From the NCBI RefSeq assembly GCF_000143415.4, contig NW_003314391.1:62001-126000 (forward strand): DNA of 64,000 nucleotides. The letters are read 5' to 3'. Source of the stretch: Selaginella moellendorffii. Its lineage: Eukaryota > Plantae > Lycopodiophyta. The notes beneath the pieces are model-generated. The model ran no database searches. It saw only the letters and a program-made list of their open reading frames with translations, and was not told the DNA's origin. A program made the translations under genes and the position numbers. Of this stretch, positions 1 to 13,378 are shown piece by piece; position 1 is the stretch's first letter; each line of letters starts with the position of its first letter.

Positions 1-2930
1 ACTCTAATATTTCCTTTGGTATAGGATCAACCCTATCACTAATTCGAACCGAGTCACTATCACCCTCAGCTTCTATCACTTGAACCCAAAAGGTCTAACA
101 TCCCTTCTTAGTTGTTTTTTGAGTGGCTTTTGTAGTCAGGAACTAAGCATTCTAATCCTTTGAGGAGTGCTTTTACAATTGAAAGGACACATCAAAACTT
201 TCTTTTGACCTCAATGTGATATGACTTTGTCCAACACCATAAATCCCTTTGATATATTTGTCGAAAAAATCTATACTAAACACCATATGAAAATCTGGTA
301 TCTTTAACACTACCAAGTCTAATCTCTCTTTCCACTTGGATATCTTTATTAGAATATCACTCACAAACCTTTTACCTACTTGCTCACCTTTCACAAACCA
401 GAAGTGTATAGGCAACATCTACTCAGCTTTCAATCCTAACAACTTTATTAAGTCTTTGGATATCACATTGTGCGTAGCTCTTGTGTCAATCATCACTTAG
501 ATTCAGTGTTTGTAGACAAAGCCTACCAAATACATTAATAGGTCAATGCTTGCATTGACTGTGAGAAAAACTTGAGGAAAGTAATGAAAGTAACTCAACT
601 CCTTTTATTCATAATCTACATTGACCAACTCATCAATCCTTTTAGCTTCACCACCATTGTCTTCCCTCATAACATTAACACAAGATCTTATTTTATGATT
701 GTTGGGACATTCCAATAACCTATGTTCTATCTCTCCACAATAGAAATAATGACCCACACTATCCATTCCACTAGGAGTAGGTTTCATAAGTTGTTGCTAC
801 TTGTACCCATTAGGAAGAGGAACAGAGGGTTTAAGACTAGAAAAAGCTACTAGTGGTCACCAACCACCACCTTTGTTAACTATTGCTTGTGAGCCTCTAG
901 GGTAGAATTTTCTTTCCACCCTCTATTTCTCACCTTATTTATTCCTGGATATTTTTATTTATTTTTTTCCGAGATACCAGCATATGGCTGCTGATACTAT
1001 TCCATGAGCAAGTGACTGAAGGCAATTTATTGTGCTACCTCTTTACACTTTTGGTACGTCTTCAGATTAAACTTCAAAATCCCATTGCGAAAAAGTGAAC
1101 TCAAACTTTTTAGGAAATAACTTTGAGCATCTTCGTCACTCATATTTGCAATCATAATGTTGTGAGACATAAAATCCTTAGGCCCCAAAGAGGAGTTGAA
1201 AGGGTGTAATGTGGTAGTGGCTGAGGCGGAAACCAAATGAGTGTAACACATATGGACTAAAAGCTCTGACTCGAAAAGTCGAGAGCGGGAGTGGAACTCC
1301 CAATGAAGGGCTCGAAGAACAAGCACGAAGTGAGCAATAAATGAGTCTCTAAGAAAAAGACACAAAAGGACCAACACATGATATGTAGAAGGATCTGAGA
1401 TGGACCCAAGATGGACTCCGAGATGGACCTGAGATGGAGTCCAAGATGGACCCAAGATGGAGTCCGAGATGGACCCAAGATGGAGCCCGAGATGGAGTCC
1501 GAGATGGAGACTAAGATGGACCCGAGATGGAGTCCAAGATAGAGTCCGAGATAGAGTTTGAGATGGATCTGAGATGGAGTCCGAAATGGAGTCCAAGAAA
1601 CCAAGACCGAGATTGAGTCCCATGGTCACATGGTGAGGAAGTCCCAAAGGACAGTGGGACTTACTGGTCAGGCCGGTGGGCCTTGATCAGTGGCAATGTT
1701 GGTGAACATGGCCATGGATAGAAAAGGACTTGGTGCGGATTGGAAAAGGGATATTAGGGAAAGATGTTCCCTATGTCTACAGGCATCCTAAGGATGCTAA
1801 AGAGTGGATCTGAAATGATCACTCATGGACGGATGGCCCAATCTTTGAGAGACAAGACTGTGATGCAAGTGGTGTTGGACCACCGGTGTGACCAAGGTGA
1901 ATGGGCATGGCCTTAGCATAACGGGCTGATATGTCGGTGGTATGTTGGGGTGTCGGTCATAGGATTGGACACGTGGAGCACTTGGACCAAATGCAAAAGT
2001 TGAGAAACTAAAAACTATGCACAAAAATAACTTTTGTCTGCCATTCTTGGGGCTAGGAAGCCCCAAGTCCGAAATAAGACTTATGGAGGTTGTGAGTGAA
2101 ATTCCTCCAAGTGGTTGAAAGTGTGGTTAAGTGATTAAAGTAGAATAGAAAATTTAGTCGCTTACAAATACATTTCTGAGTAAGCACATTAACATAATGC
2201 ATAAGGTCTCCATGCTACTTTAACTGCCACAGCTCTGCGCAAAGTCTCAAACCAAGATCATCCGACAAGTATTCTTTATAGATACGAGACTGCATCTTAA
2301 TTCAACTTCTAGTCTACCCTCTTTCAGCACATACTTGGCCACCAAGTTTTGGCATGATTAGTGAGAAAAGACTGTTTACATGCAATTTTCATACAATCAT
2401 CTACGTCTGCCAATATGAAATAATTTTCCATATCATAGACACAGTCTTCCAAAACTTAATAGTCCCGTATGCCTCTGAAATTGGGTGGTTTTAGAGGCTT
2501 GAACTTTGAAACTTGTGCAACTGGGGGCAATTGCAAAACTTCATCATCCTCAGAATTTGAAGAAGAGTCCAGTTGCTTAAGTTTAGTTGGTTTAGCTGCC
2601 TCAGCATCGTTCTTCCTTTTGTTGTTCTCCTTTTTCAATTTGTGAACTTTCTTTCACAAATTTTCAATCTCAATATCTTGAGTCATATGTTGCAGTGAGG
2701 CTCTTCCGCTTCAGACTCAACCTTAGCCTCTTCCACAACATCTCTAGCAGGAGTTTCCACCTCTCAATTCCCTTGTCTAGAAGTTTCAACGTCATCAGTA
2801 CGGTTCCTTTTCACCATCTTGCTAGTTGGATGCATGCCTCTATCAATAACTGAACATGCATACAACATTTTTACCGAATGGTGTAATCCAATTAATCCTA
2901 CACATGTCGCTTCAAATCTACTAAAAAAGT
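1..2930 (-). mobile_element. Old degenerate Ty3/Gypsy gag-protease region (host element)
   Basis: Minus-strand remnants: gag-like KPLKPPNFRGIRDY (2456-2638), zinc knuckle CGEIEHRLLEC (~710-745), aspartic protease MIDTRATHNVIS (~460-495). Many stops. Interrupted by the solo LTR at 1161-2166. Confidence 0.8.
1161..2166 (+). mobile_element. Diverged solo LTR of the same family as 2931-10728, in opposite orientation
   Basis: Begins TGTGAGACA and ends GTCGCTTACA, the reverse complement of the LTRs at 2931-4819 and 8977-10728. Contains a decayed GAGATGGAGTCC array. Flanks AATGT/AATAC are an imperfect TSD. Host gag-like sequence lies on both sides. Confidence 0.85.
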
Positions 2931-4819
2931 TGTAAGTGACTAATTTTTCCATTTTACTTTAGTCACTTAACCACACCTCCGACCACTTGGAGGAGTCTCA
3001 TTCACAACCTCCATAAGTCCAACTCAGGACTTGGGGCTTGCTAGCCCCGAGAACGGCATCCATGCCACTCAACCTTAGCACTTTGTCCAAGTGCTCCACG
3101 TGTCCGATCCCATGACCAACACCCCAAGGCACCACCAACACATCAGCCCGTTACGCTAAGGCCATGCCCATTCACCTTGGTCACACCGGTGGTCTAACAC
3201 CACCTACACCACAGTCCTATCTCTCAAAGGCTAGGGCATCTGTGCATGAGGGATCATCCCCGATCCACTCCTTAGCATCCTTAGGATGCCCACAGACATG
3301 GGGAATAGCCCTCCCCAATATCCCCTTTCTGGTCCCTACCAAGCCCCTTTCTGGCCATGACCGTATTTGCCAACACTGCCACTGGATCAAGGCCCATAGG
3401 CCTGACCACTAAGTCCCACGGTCCTCTGGGACTTCCTCACCACACGATCGTATCCTTAGTCACTACACCAGAGGACTACTCCTTTGCCTTTCCACAGTCT
3501 GGGCCTTCGNNNNNNNNNNNNNNNNNNNNNNNNNNNNNNNNNNNNNNNNNNNNNNNNNNNNNNNNNNNNNNNNNNNNNNNNNNNNNNNNNNNNNNNNNNN
3601 NNNNNNNNNNNNNNNNNNNNNNNNNNNNNNNNNNNNNNNNNNNNNNNNNNNACTTGGACTGGGAGCATCGGCCAGTCGATCTCCCGGGGGAACTAGAGCC
3701 GGCTCTTGAACACTTCACCAAGCTACCCGCTTGTCGGTCTGTGTCACTCTAGTCTTGGACTTCCTAGTGGGCAGCTCATCACCCAACACTGGGTCCGGCC
3801 TTCCTGGGCCAAACTGGCCTTTCCTGGCCAAACTGGCTCCACTGCAGTCCTCCCCCTTACTATACTTTTGGAGCTCACCAAACCCCCCAGGGTTTGGGAG
3901 ACGAACGCTTTGGGCTTTCACCCTCTCAGACTTGAACTCGGACTCGGACTCGAACTTGAACTCGGACTCGGACTCGGACTCGGGCTCGGTCTCGGCCTCG
4001 GCCTCAGTCTCAGTCTCGGTCCCGATCTCGGTCTTGGTCCCGGTCTCGGTCTCGACTTCGGACTCCATCTCGGGTCCATCTCGGACTTCCATCTCGGACT
4101 CCATCTCGGACTCCATCTCGAACTCCATCTCGGGTCCATCTCGGACTCCATCTCGGGTCCATCTCGGACTCCATCTCGGGTCCATCTCGGACTCTATTTC
4201 GGGTCCATCTCGGACTCCATCTTGGGTCCATCTTGGACTCCACCTCAGACTCCATTTCGGGTCCATCTCGGACTCCATCTCGGGTCCATCTTGGACTCCA
4301 CCTCGGACTCCATTTCGGGTCCATCTCGGGTCCACCTCGGACTCCATCTCGGACTCCATCTCGTGCCCATCTCGGGTCCATCTCGGACTCCATCTCGGAC
4401 TCCATCTCGGGTCCACCTCGGGTCCACCTCGGACTCCACCTCGGACTCCATCTCGGGTCCATCTCGGACTCCATCTCGGGTCCACCTCGGACTCCACCTC
4501 GGGGTCCATCTCGGACTCCACTTCGGACTCCATCTCGGGGTCCATCTCGGACTCCACTTCGGACTCCAACTCGGGTCCATCTCGAACACTTCCACGTGTC
4601 ATGTGTTGGTCCTTTTTGGGTCCCTTTTTGGAGCCTCGCCTATGGCTCGCTTCGTGCTCATTCCTTGAGCACTTCTTTGGGAGTTCCACTCCCGCTCTTA
4701 TCTTTTCAAGTCGGAGCTTTTGGTCCAAACGTGTTACGCTCGTTTGGCTCTCGCTTCGGCCAGTACCACGTGGCGCCCTTCCGGCTCCACTTTGGGGCCT
4801 AGGGATTTTGTGTCTCACA
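2931..4819 (-). repeat. 3' LTR (contains assembly gap 3510-3651)
   Basis: Matches 8977-10728. The 142 N correspond exactly to 9556-9697. Confidence 0.95.
3928..4585. repeat. Intra-LTR minisatellite: 6-bp CTCGGA/CTCGGT run followed by 11/12-bp units (CTCGGACTCCAT / CTCGGGTCCAT)
   Basis: Visible tandem array that produces low-complexity ORFs in several frames. Confidence 0.95.
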
Positions 4820-4929
4820 ACTCCACCACCCATAGACGAAGTTTGATGTCCTCATCGAACGGTAAACCATTTTATAAAGTAACACCCGCATGTGTTACCA
4901 TTTCCATCCTTGGCACCTAGCCAATATTT

Positions 4930-5062
4930 GTGAATGGTTTGACATTGAAGGCTCACCATGCCTTCTCCATATTCGTCAATGGTTTGACATTGAAGGCTCA
5001 CCATGCCTTTTGCATATTCTTCAATGGTTTGACACCAAAAGCTCACCATGCTTTGCCTATCC
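4930..5062. repeat. Three ~45-bp tandem repeats
   Basis: AATGGTTTGACA..GCTCACCATGC recurs at ~4933, ~4978 and ~5023. Confidence 0.85.
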
Positions 5063-8000
5063 TCTAAGGAGGGTAGTCTCTCCAACTTAGAGACTGATTG
5101 GACCACATGTAGTGGTTCTCTCCTTTTATTGATTTAGTTCTCGCTAAACCTCTTAGAGACCTTTCTCTAAGTCAATTCCGCTACTCTTTCTCGAGTAGTC
5201 TCAATTTCCATTTATTGAACGTTTGCACCTTGGAACTTTTACTCTTTTGACTTTTGGAAGTCAATTTCCTAGGTGTCTCCAACACCTTGCATTGCACAGA
5301 TTGTGCAACTCCACTTCCCCATCCTAGAAAGTTCATTACTTGAGGGCACCATCATCCTCTCTTCTATTTCGTGCCACCTTGGGCACTAAGTTCCATTTAT
5401 CATACTTTGTGCTAGGGCTGTCCATGGCCCTATCATTTGGCTACCTTACCGCTCCCTCCCTTGGAGCTTCCACTTTCGCCAAATCGGAGCAATTCGGAAT
5501 CCATCCTTGGAAACACACTTCCTTTCCCGCAATTTGTTAGCGTCCAACACATTAGTGTTCCTCGCCTAACTTTGTCACTTGGATTCCTTCCAAGGGATTC
5601 CACGGCTCTATCTTGGCTACTCATCTTTTGCTCCTATCCGTTGATTGTTGCATCAAGCAACATCGAATCTCTACCTCCCCCCTTGAGGTATTCTTTTGAT
5701 TCCATGGCAAAGGCTCGGCTTTGCCAAGACTAGGGTGTTCACCCCTAGTAAGTCTCTTTAGCACCTTCTGCTATGGGCTCTATCCACGGCCCAACTTTGT
5801 GACCCTCCCATGGGTCTCTTTAGAGACTACTTTCCTTGGACACACTATGCCATCGCAATGACATAGCTCATTTCCCTAAGGTGCTTTTCCCACTTGGTTA
5901 CCTTGACCAAGCTACACTATCATCAATAGTTCAAATCAACACTTTGAACTAGGAACCTTATTCCTTAGCCCAAACAAGGACCTTGTCCTTATTTAGCCAC
6001 AAGATCACCTAGTGATCTCACCTCGGCACCTTAACAGGTTTGCCAATAAGTACTAGGTCTTTCAGACCTTTAATTTGTTAACTACGACCCCGGGGCATCC
6101 CCCACACTTGGCGGTGCGCCCAAGCCAGCCCTTCCGGCCAAGGGTCCATAGCAACTGAGATTAGGTGTCCCCATCTCACTCACCACGTCCTTGGTGCCAC
6201 TTGCACCAAAGCGTTCAAGTTAGATATGCCAAGCTTTCACACTAAGCAATCTAACCGTGCATCACGACTCCGAGGCATCCCTCGCTTGGCGGTGTGCCCA
6301 AACCAGTCTCCACACTAAGAGTCTATGACCACCGAAATATGAGTGTCCTCATATTCCAAACCATCACCACGCCCTAGTGATTTGGGACTCGAACCCAAGC
6401 ACTAGAGGGTCGGGACTCGAACCCAACCTCCGTATATGCATCTACGGACGGCATCACACCAGATGCCTGGCGTGACTCCCCACGCCGGTGCACCAACCTT
6501 GATTTAAAGCGTGCTACAGATCACAGCTTAGGAACCTAGTTCCTTCGCACTGCCAAGTCCTCTCACTTGACAAGCCTGTGATCATGCATGGACTCCTCCA
6601 TGCTCGGCCCCATGGGCCACCCCTTTGAAGTTGGCTCCTTCAACTAGGGTATTCGTTCCCCCCGACTTGCCAATATCACTTAGCAAGTCATCCGGCCACT
6701 GTAATATGGTTCATGCGCAAGCGTGAAAGCCCTTGATCCTCGACTTTCATTCAAAGCCTTCTCTTTGAACACTCGGGAACTACTTCCCTAACCTTGATAG
6801 CCTTGCCTCATGGCAAGTTTCAAGACCACGCTTCTATTGCGCCACTCTGATTTCGCGCGTTCCTTGAACCATTTATGTTTGGCCTTTTTAGGTATTAAGC
6901 TACCTAGAATCCTCTTTGGGAACCTTGAAGGAACTCTGTCCCTTAGCTTGCTAAGGCCCCCCTTTTTGCAAGCTTTCCAATTACCATATAGCCTAACATG
7001 GACAATTCCATATTTTAGACTCTCCATGGCATCACGGTTGCTAGCGGCAACACCCTTGAGCCCCCACTTGATTCTCCACTCCTAGCTGGCATAACCAACC
7101 TTGGTTATGCCCTTCAATTCCTATGGTTCGGTTTTATCCCCTTACTTTTTGCTTTTGGCTTCACACCTTTCCTTCGGTCATTCTCCTCCAGACCAAGAGG
7201 ATAGCTTTGCACTTTCTATCATGCCTTAGCAAGTATTCTTAGGGATGAACCTACCCGATAGCCTAGGGAGTGGTTCCTCAATCCAGGTATGCTCACCCTA
7301 TAATCCCACACGCCGGGATTACGTTGTTGCTTACTGGCCTTTGCATGCCCATCGCTAGCCTTGCCAAAATTCCATTTTTGGCTTTATCCAATTCGAGTAG
7401 ACAGTCTTCTCCTATCTCCGCCACCTTGGACATTTGGATAGCACCTACTATCCATCATTCGCTAGGGACTTAGTCCCTTGGGCCTTATCTACTGCCCTCG
7501 CGACATCAAACACCACCTCCTGGTGTTATAGAGTGTTCGGGTGTCCCAATGACGGCTTCCTTGACAATGAGTATTTCCTTTTATAACATTGACTTACTAT
7601 ATTGCAACATAAGCAACTTATCCCCCGTAAGGGTATATCCAACTTCCCTATGCCATCAAGAAGGTTTGGGTAGCTACCTTCTACCCGTTTAACCAATTAT
7701 TTTGCACCTCTTGCTTAGTTGCCCTCGTAGTTGTCAAGTCCTACAACTCATTGCTGGTGCTTCCACACCTCCATCATCATCTGGGTCACCACACTCCAAC
7801 TGCATGCTCTGCAGCTTAGGCTATGCCATTCCCATTTCTATTGGGATTCCTTTGGCAAGGGGTTCTCATGAACCCACCAACATAGCCTCAAGGTATCACA
7901 CCTTGGCACATTTGGTGTCTCCACACCATCGGCTCCACGAGCCTACCTCTATGACACTTCTTCTTTGTGTTTAAGTCTTTGCCAAGACCAATACCACTCT

Positions 8001-8961
8001 TTCTCATGCCAACCATCTGTTAGCACTGCATCATAGAGGTCACACACAACTTTGTGTTAAAATTGTTTTCTTTTTGGGAACACCTTTCCCACGACTTTAG
8101 CATGGCACATTTTGCCATCGATGAGATACCCTCTGTTCTCATCCTTGGATCCTATGATCCCCCCCCCCATCCTTTGTGGGGTACAACACACCTCAGTCCA
8201 AATGCTTCCATCAGTCCTTTTAGGACCATCCCTTGACTCTACTTGAGTCATCTAGCAGTTTTGGACTTGGTTAATCCACAGACCCGTAAGGTCCTACTTG
8301 TGAGGCACTAGCTCACTGGAATACACTTCTTGCATTCCTGTCCTACCCAAAAGGACTATTTTCACAAGTGTTACTCTGACACTTGATTTTGTTCTCTGGG
8401 GGCAACCTTTGCCCCTTAGGACTACTTGTCCATGTGATGAGAGTACCAACTCATCCACTTAATACACCCCCAACTCCTTGGGCTGTTCCAGCATTTATTA
8501 GAGGTAGCCCTGGCTACCATTTCGAGGACTCGTGTCCTCATCCATACTTGACCTCTCACGGTCATCCATTCCGGTCTCACCTTCATGAGCACCAGCCTCA
8601 ACCATGTGAGGATAAACTTGTGACTCCTTTATTGTTTTTGGAGTCTCTATCTTCCCCGTGATCCCAACTATAGTTGTTTACCCCAACTACATTAGCCCAT
8701 TTGCTGAGTCAAACGCTCATCTGGATCACCTCCTCAACTCAATGAGGAAAACCTTGCACTGTTCCCAAGATCCCAAAGTCGTTCCATTATTGGCCCCTTT
8801 TTTATCCACCACCTTGTCTACAAGTTCACACATGAACTGTAATGGAGAGCCATGTCTTCCCGACCTGCTACTCCTCAAGGATAGGCCCACTTCTCGGACC
8901 TTCCGTTGCCAACACTAGTGGTGATATACTTGAGCACCAATAAAAGTCGGACTAAGGAACA

Positions 8962-8973
8962 GCTCCGATACCA
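8962..8973 (-). promoter_or_regulatory. Primer-binding site (tRNA-iMet)
   Basis: Minus strand reads TGGTATCGGAGC, 3 nt after the 5' LTR end. Confidence 0.9.
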
Positions 8974-8976
8974 AGT

Positions 8977-10728
8977 TGTAAGCGACTAATTTTTCCATTT
9001 TACTTTAGTCACTTAACCACACCTCCGACCACTTGGAGGAGTCTCATTCACAACCTCCATAAGTCCAACTCAGGACTTGGGGCTTGCTAGCCCCGAGAAC
9101 GGCATCCATGCCACTCAACCTTAGCACTTTGTCCAAGTGCTCCACGTGTCCGATCCCATGACCAACACCCCAAGGCACCACCAACACATCAGCCCGTTAC
9201 GCTAAGGCCATGCCCATTCACCTTAGTCACACCGGTGGTCTAACACCACCTACACCACAGTCCTATCTCTCAAAGGCTAGGGCATCTGTGCATGAGGGAT
9301 CATCCCCGATCCACTCCTTAGCATCCTTAGGATGCCCACAGACATGGGGAATAGCCCTCCCCAATATCCCCTTTCTGGTCCCTACCAAGCCCCTTTCTGG
9401 CCATGACCGTATTTGCCAACACTGCCACTGGATCAAGGCCCATAGGCCCGACCACTAAGTCCCACGGTCCTCTGGGACTTCCTCACCACACGATCGTATC
9501 CTTAGTCACTACACCAGAGGACTACTCCTTTGCCTTTCCACAGTCTGGGCCTTCGGGACAACATTTCGGAACACCGTGGCCTTACGCAAGCCTCATGGGT
9601 ACTCTCCCCGCCTTTCGCCTTTAGGTGCTCTAGCCATGGGCTTAGAGCGAGGTTCCGTTGAGCCACGACAGGTATCCAAGTAGGTAGTGCCACCCACACT
9701 TGGACTAGGAGCATCGGCCAGTCGATCTCCCGGGGGAACTAGAGCCGGCTCTTGAACACTTCACCAAGCTACCCCGCTTGTCGGTCTGTGTTCACTCTAG
9801 TCTTGGACTTCCTAGTGGGCAGCTCATCACCCAACACTGGGTCCGGCCTTCCTGGGCCAAACTGGCCTTTCCTGGCCAAACTGGCTCCACTGCAGTCCTC
9901 CCCCTTACTATACTTTTGGAGCTCACCAAACCCCCCAGGGTCTGGGAAACGAACGCTTTGGGCTTTCACCCTCTCAGACTCGAACTCGGACTCGGACTCG
10001 GACTCGGACTCCGACTCGGGCTCGGTCTCGGCCTCGGCCTCGGTCTCGGTCTCGGTCCCGATCTCGGTCTCGGTCCCGGTCTCGGTCTAGACTTCGGACT
10101 CCATCTCAGGTCCATCTCGGACTTCCATCTCGGACTCCATCTCGGACTCCATCTCGGACTCCATCTCGGGTCCATCTCGGACTCCATCTCGGGTCCATCT
10201 CGGACTCCATTTCGGGTCCATCTCGAACTCCATCTCGGGTCCATCTCGGACTCCACCTCGGACTCCATTTCGGGTCCATCTCGGGTCCATCTCGGACTCC
10301 ATCTCGGACTCCATCTCGTGCCCATCTCGGGTCCACCTCGGACTCCACCTCGGACTCCATCTCGGGTCCATCTCGGACTCCATCTCGGGTCCACCTCGGA
10401 TTCCACCTCGGGGTCCATCTCGGACTCCACTTCGGACTCCATCTCGGGGTCCATCTCGGACTCCACTTCGGACTCCAACTCGGGTCCATCTCGGACACTT
10501 CCACATGTCATGTGTTGGTCCTTTTTGGGTCCCTTTTTGGAGCCTCGCCTATGGCTCGCTTCGTGCTCATTCCTCGAGCACTTCTTTGGGAGTTCCACTC
10601 CCGCTCTTATCTTTTCAAGTCGGAGCTTTTGGTCCAAACGTGTTATGCTCGTTTGGCTCTCGCTTCGGCCACTACCACGTGGCGCCCTTCCGGCTCCACT
10701 TTGGGGCCTAGGGATTTTGTGTCTCACA
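8977..10728 (-). repeat. 5' LTR
   Basis: TGTAAGCGAC...GTCTCACA. Its minisatellite (~9975-10495) is shorter than in the other LTR. Confidence 0.95.
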
Positions 10729-10797
10729 AAAGTCTTTGCATATGCAACTTGAGTCAAAAATTCTAACAAAAGTTCAACAGGAATCGCTAAAATAATT

Positions 10798-10809
10798 GCT
10801 TTGATACCA
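10798..10809 (-). promoter_or_regulatory. PBS of the old host Gypsy element; its 5' LTR probably starts at ~10812 and runs rightwards
   Basis: Minus strand reads TGGTATCAAAGC, in the same orientation as the gag at 1-2930. Confidence 0.7.
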
Positions 10810-11786
10810 AACGTAATGCACCTGAATTTGGAGCTAAACTCCAAGTCTGCTGCGTTATGAAATGAGGGTCCCATACACTCTTAATCTTACAAGCACCAAC
10901 TCCTTGTATCTAACACTTACATGCAAAACAGTGTCAGATGGTGTCTGGCACGATTTTGACATACTAGTGGCCTAACGCGAGGAGAAGGGTACCCCACCGA
11001 CTAGAACAACATGGAACTTATTAGGATTTTGAAATCACAATCAAAACGGTATAAAGTTTGGATTAAATGAAACCAAGTCTAATAATGAGTCTTAGAACAA
11101 CTTTAAGATTGAGTCCAAAACCAAATCTAAAACCATTCATCCCTTAGAGCTCTAACCTTCATTTTATCCTTGGCAATACAAAATGGGTAATGCAATTGTG
11201 TGAATTTTATTGGAGATAGAAGCCCAAGCCCTTCGAATAGACATGATGTATACACTTGTGACCACTACATGAACCATTACCCAAAGGGCAACAGTGAGTC
11301 ACAGGCTGAAAGCACAAGAGACTAAGTGGGTGACTCTAGGCACATTAAAGGTGGAGACAACAAAAAACATCCACTATGGAGACAATCATTTATGCAGCTT
11401 ATTTAAATCCCTTGGGCTTCTTGGGGGTTGCCATAAGGCCATGTAAACAGAATATGAATGAATGCTACTTTCCAGTACTGACTAGCACATAAATTGTTAA
11501 GCAGAGCAAAACCATACTAAAGTACATTCTCCCACTAGGATGAGATTAAACACAGCATAAATTTAATGGTGCTTGAACATGATAATCATGACTGTACAGT
11601 CCTCTTGTCTTCTATATGGATTTGGGAAGACATGGACTACATTGGCAATCTTCTTCAAAATGGCATTTCTAAATCTTTTGATTTCATGTTTCATGGTGGG
11701 CATATATAAATGAATGAATGATTCAACATCAAAATTTAAAAACAATTTCATTGTGTTACGTTGACAGCCAAAAGTGACCTGTTTTG

Positions 11787-12926
11787 CTACTTGTGAAACT
11801 CCAGGATTGCTAGTCCATTGGAGACGTTGACAAGATGCACTTTGTTGAAACCAGCTTGTTCGGCGAGCGCCTGATACTCTTCAAAGGTCCGCTCCTTGCC
11901 GTTGAAATTAACCATCATGACAAGATCTAGGAGCAGTCCGATTCGCAACTCAAACTCACTGGCAGCTTGATAAGCTTCAGAAGGTAGTAAAACTTCCACG
12001 ACAATGACTTTCCCTCCCTGAGCAGGAAGGGATTTGTAGCAGTTTTGCAGGATCTTCAGGCACTGTTCGTCGTTCCAGTTGTGGAGAATCCACTAGAAAG
12101 GAATGAAACACCAGATTGGCAAGGAGAATTTGACTCTGGATCCTTTACCTTCAACATGATTGAATCTCCTTGGGGAATTGATCCGAACATGTCGCCACCA
12201 GCATGCTCCACTCCTGGAAGAAGTAAACAAAGAGTGCTTGAATGATCGAGCATGAAAAATCTGTGAGAGGATACCTTCAGATGCAATTCCCTGAGAAACA
12301 ACATGGGGCTGATCGAAATTTATGCCTTTGATATGCGGATAGCGAGTTCGAATGTCACACAGCAATGCTCCATTGCCGCCACCAACATCGACCAGAGTTT
12401 TGATGCTTGCAAATCCCTTGTAGCAATCCAGCAGCACAGCACTGGACCTCTTGGAATGATCGGCCATGCAGAGGTTGAAGCTGTTGTTGAATTCCGGCTC
12501 CTCAGCCACAAGCTCGTATGCGGTTTTGCCGTGGGCTTTGCGGAATGGCTCGCCACCATCAAGAATGCCTTCGGCAAGATGCTCGAAAGGCTTGAGGAAG
12601 ATCCGGTGATTGCACATGACACTCAAACCACGCGCTGCCAATTTCGTTCCTGGAGAAAAACGCTTGCCTATCTCGGAGAGCCCATACTTGCGCTGCCCCT
12701 GCACAACGGTCTCGTTCACAACCCCGTAAGTTGCCAGAACTCGGAGAGTTCTGTCCAGAAATGCAACATTCGCAGATGGGTTGTTTGTAATCCGGGAAAC
12801 AATCTCAGAAGCAGAGAGGACCGAATCTGCTATCTCGTCGAAGGCTCCCAGCTTCACCACCGCATTGAGAGCGAGGGGGATAGTAGCATAGAGGACGAGC
12901 TCCTCACCAGGAGCAAACGCAGCCAT
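11787..12926 (-). CDS. Class II (COMT-like) SAM-dependent O-methyltransferase, 340 aa; exons 12926-12275, 12213-12149, 12092-11787
   Basis: Motifs LVDVGGGNG, INFDQPHV, GGDMFGSIP, WILHNWND and GKERT. GT-AG introns of 61 and 56 bp give an intact frame. Confidence 0.93.
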
Positions 12927-13378
12927 GAAATCCGAGGTGAATGGTGAAGATGAAACAGCGTGCCACAGGTGGATTGTGAAACTTTGAGGGAGCACTATAA
13001 ACTAAAATGGAGCTCTACAAACAAGTGAGCAAATTCTACGCTTTTTATATCGACAGAGACCTAGATTTTGACTAGTGGTTGGTCACATTGAGTGCCTGCT
13101 GCGTGCAACCATGGGACTCTTCCATCACAGAAGGTGACATACCACACATTGTTTGCATTTCCAGACAATTGTTGAATCTTCTGTTTCCGTTTTGGAAGTT
13201 CTACTTTGAAATCGATCCATGGACAAGTCCAAATCCAAAGCCTCTACTGACTTAAGTATGAATCATGAGACAACTTTTTGTAACTGAATTTATTTGTAGT
13301 CTATTTTTTTTCAATAACTTGTTTCAAATTCATTGAATTAAAACATTTATTTTATATTATTATTTAATTGCTTACATG

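Larger units (their letters stand above)
2931..10728 (-). mobile_element. Full-length LTR retrotransposon, probably non-autonomous (LARD-like)
   Basis: Two near-identical LTRs with TG..CA ends. TSD AAAGT at 2926-2930 and 10729-10733. tRNA-Met PBS next to the right LTR and a purine-rich tract next to the left LTR. No long ORF in the 4.2 kb interior. Confidence 0.95.

Noticed and set aside
3510-3651. N run
   Set aside because: Assembly gap; the sister LTR supplies an equal-length 142 bp.
4060-4585. CRISPR-like regular repeats
   Set aside because: No unique spacers, no cas genes, eukaryotic LTR context.
3706-4846. Long ORFs of 300-370 aa in several frames (also 9778-10874 and 1027-1647)
   Set aside because: Products of the stop-poor LTR minisatellite; low complexity.
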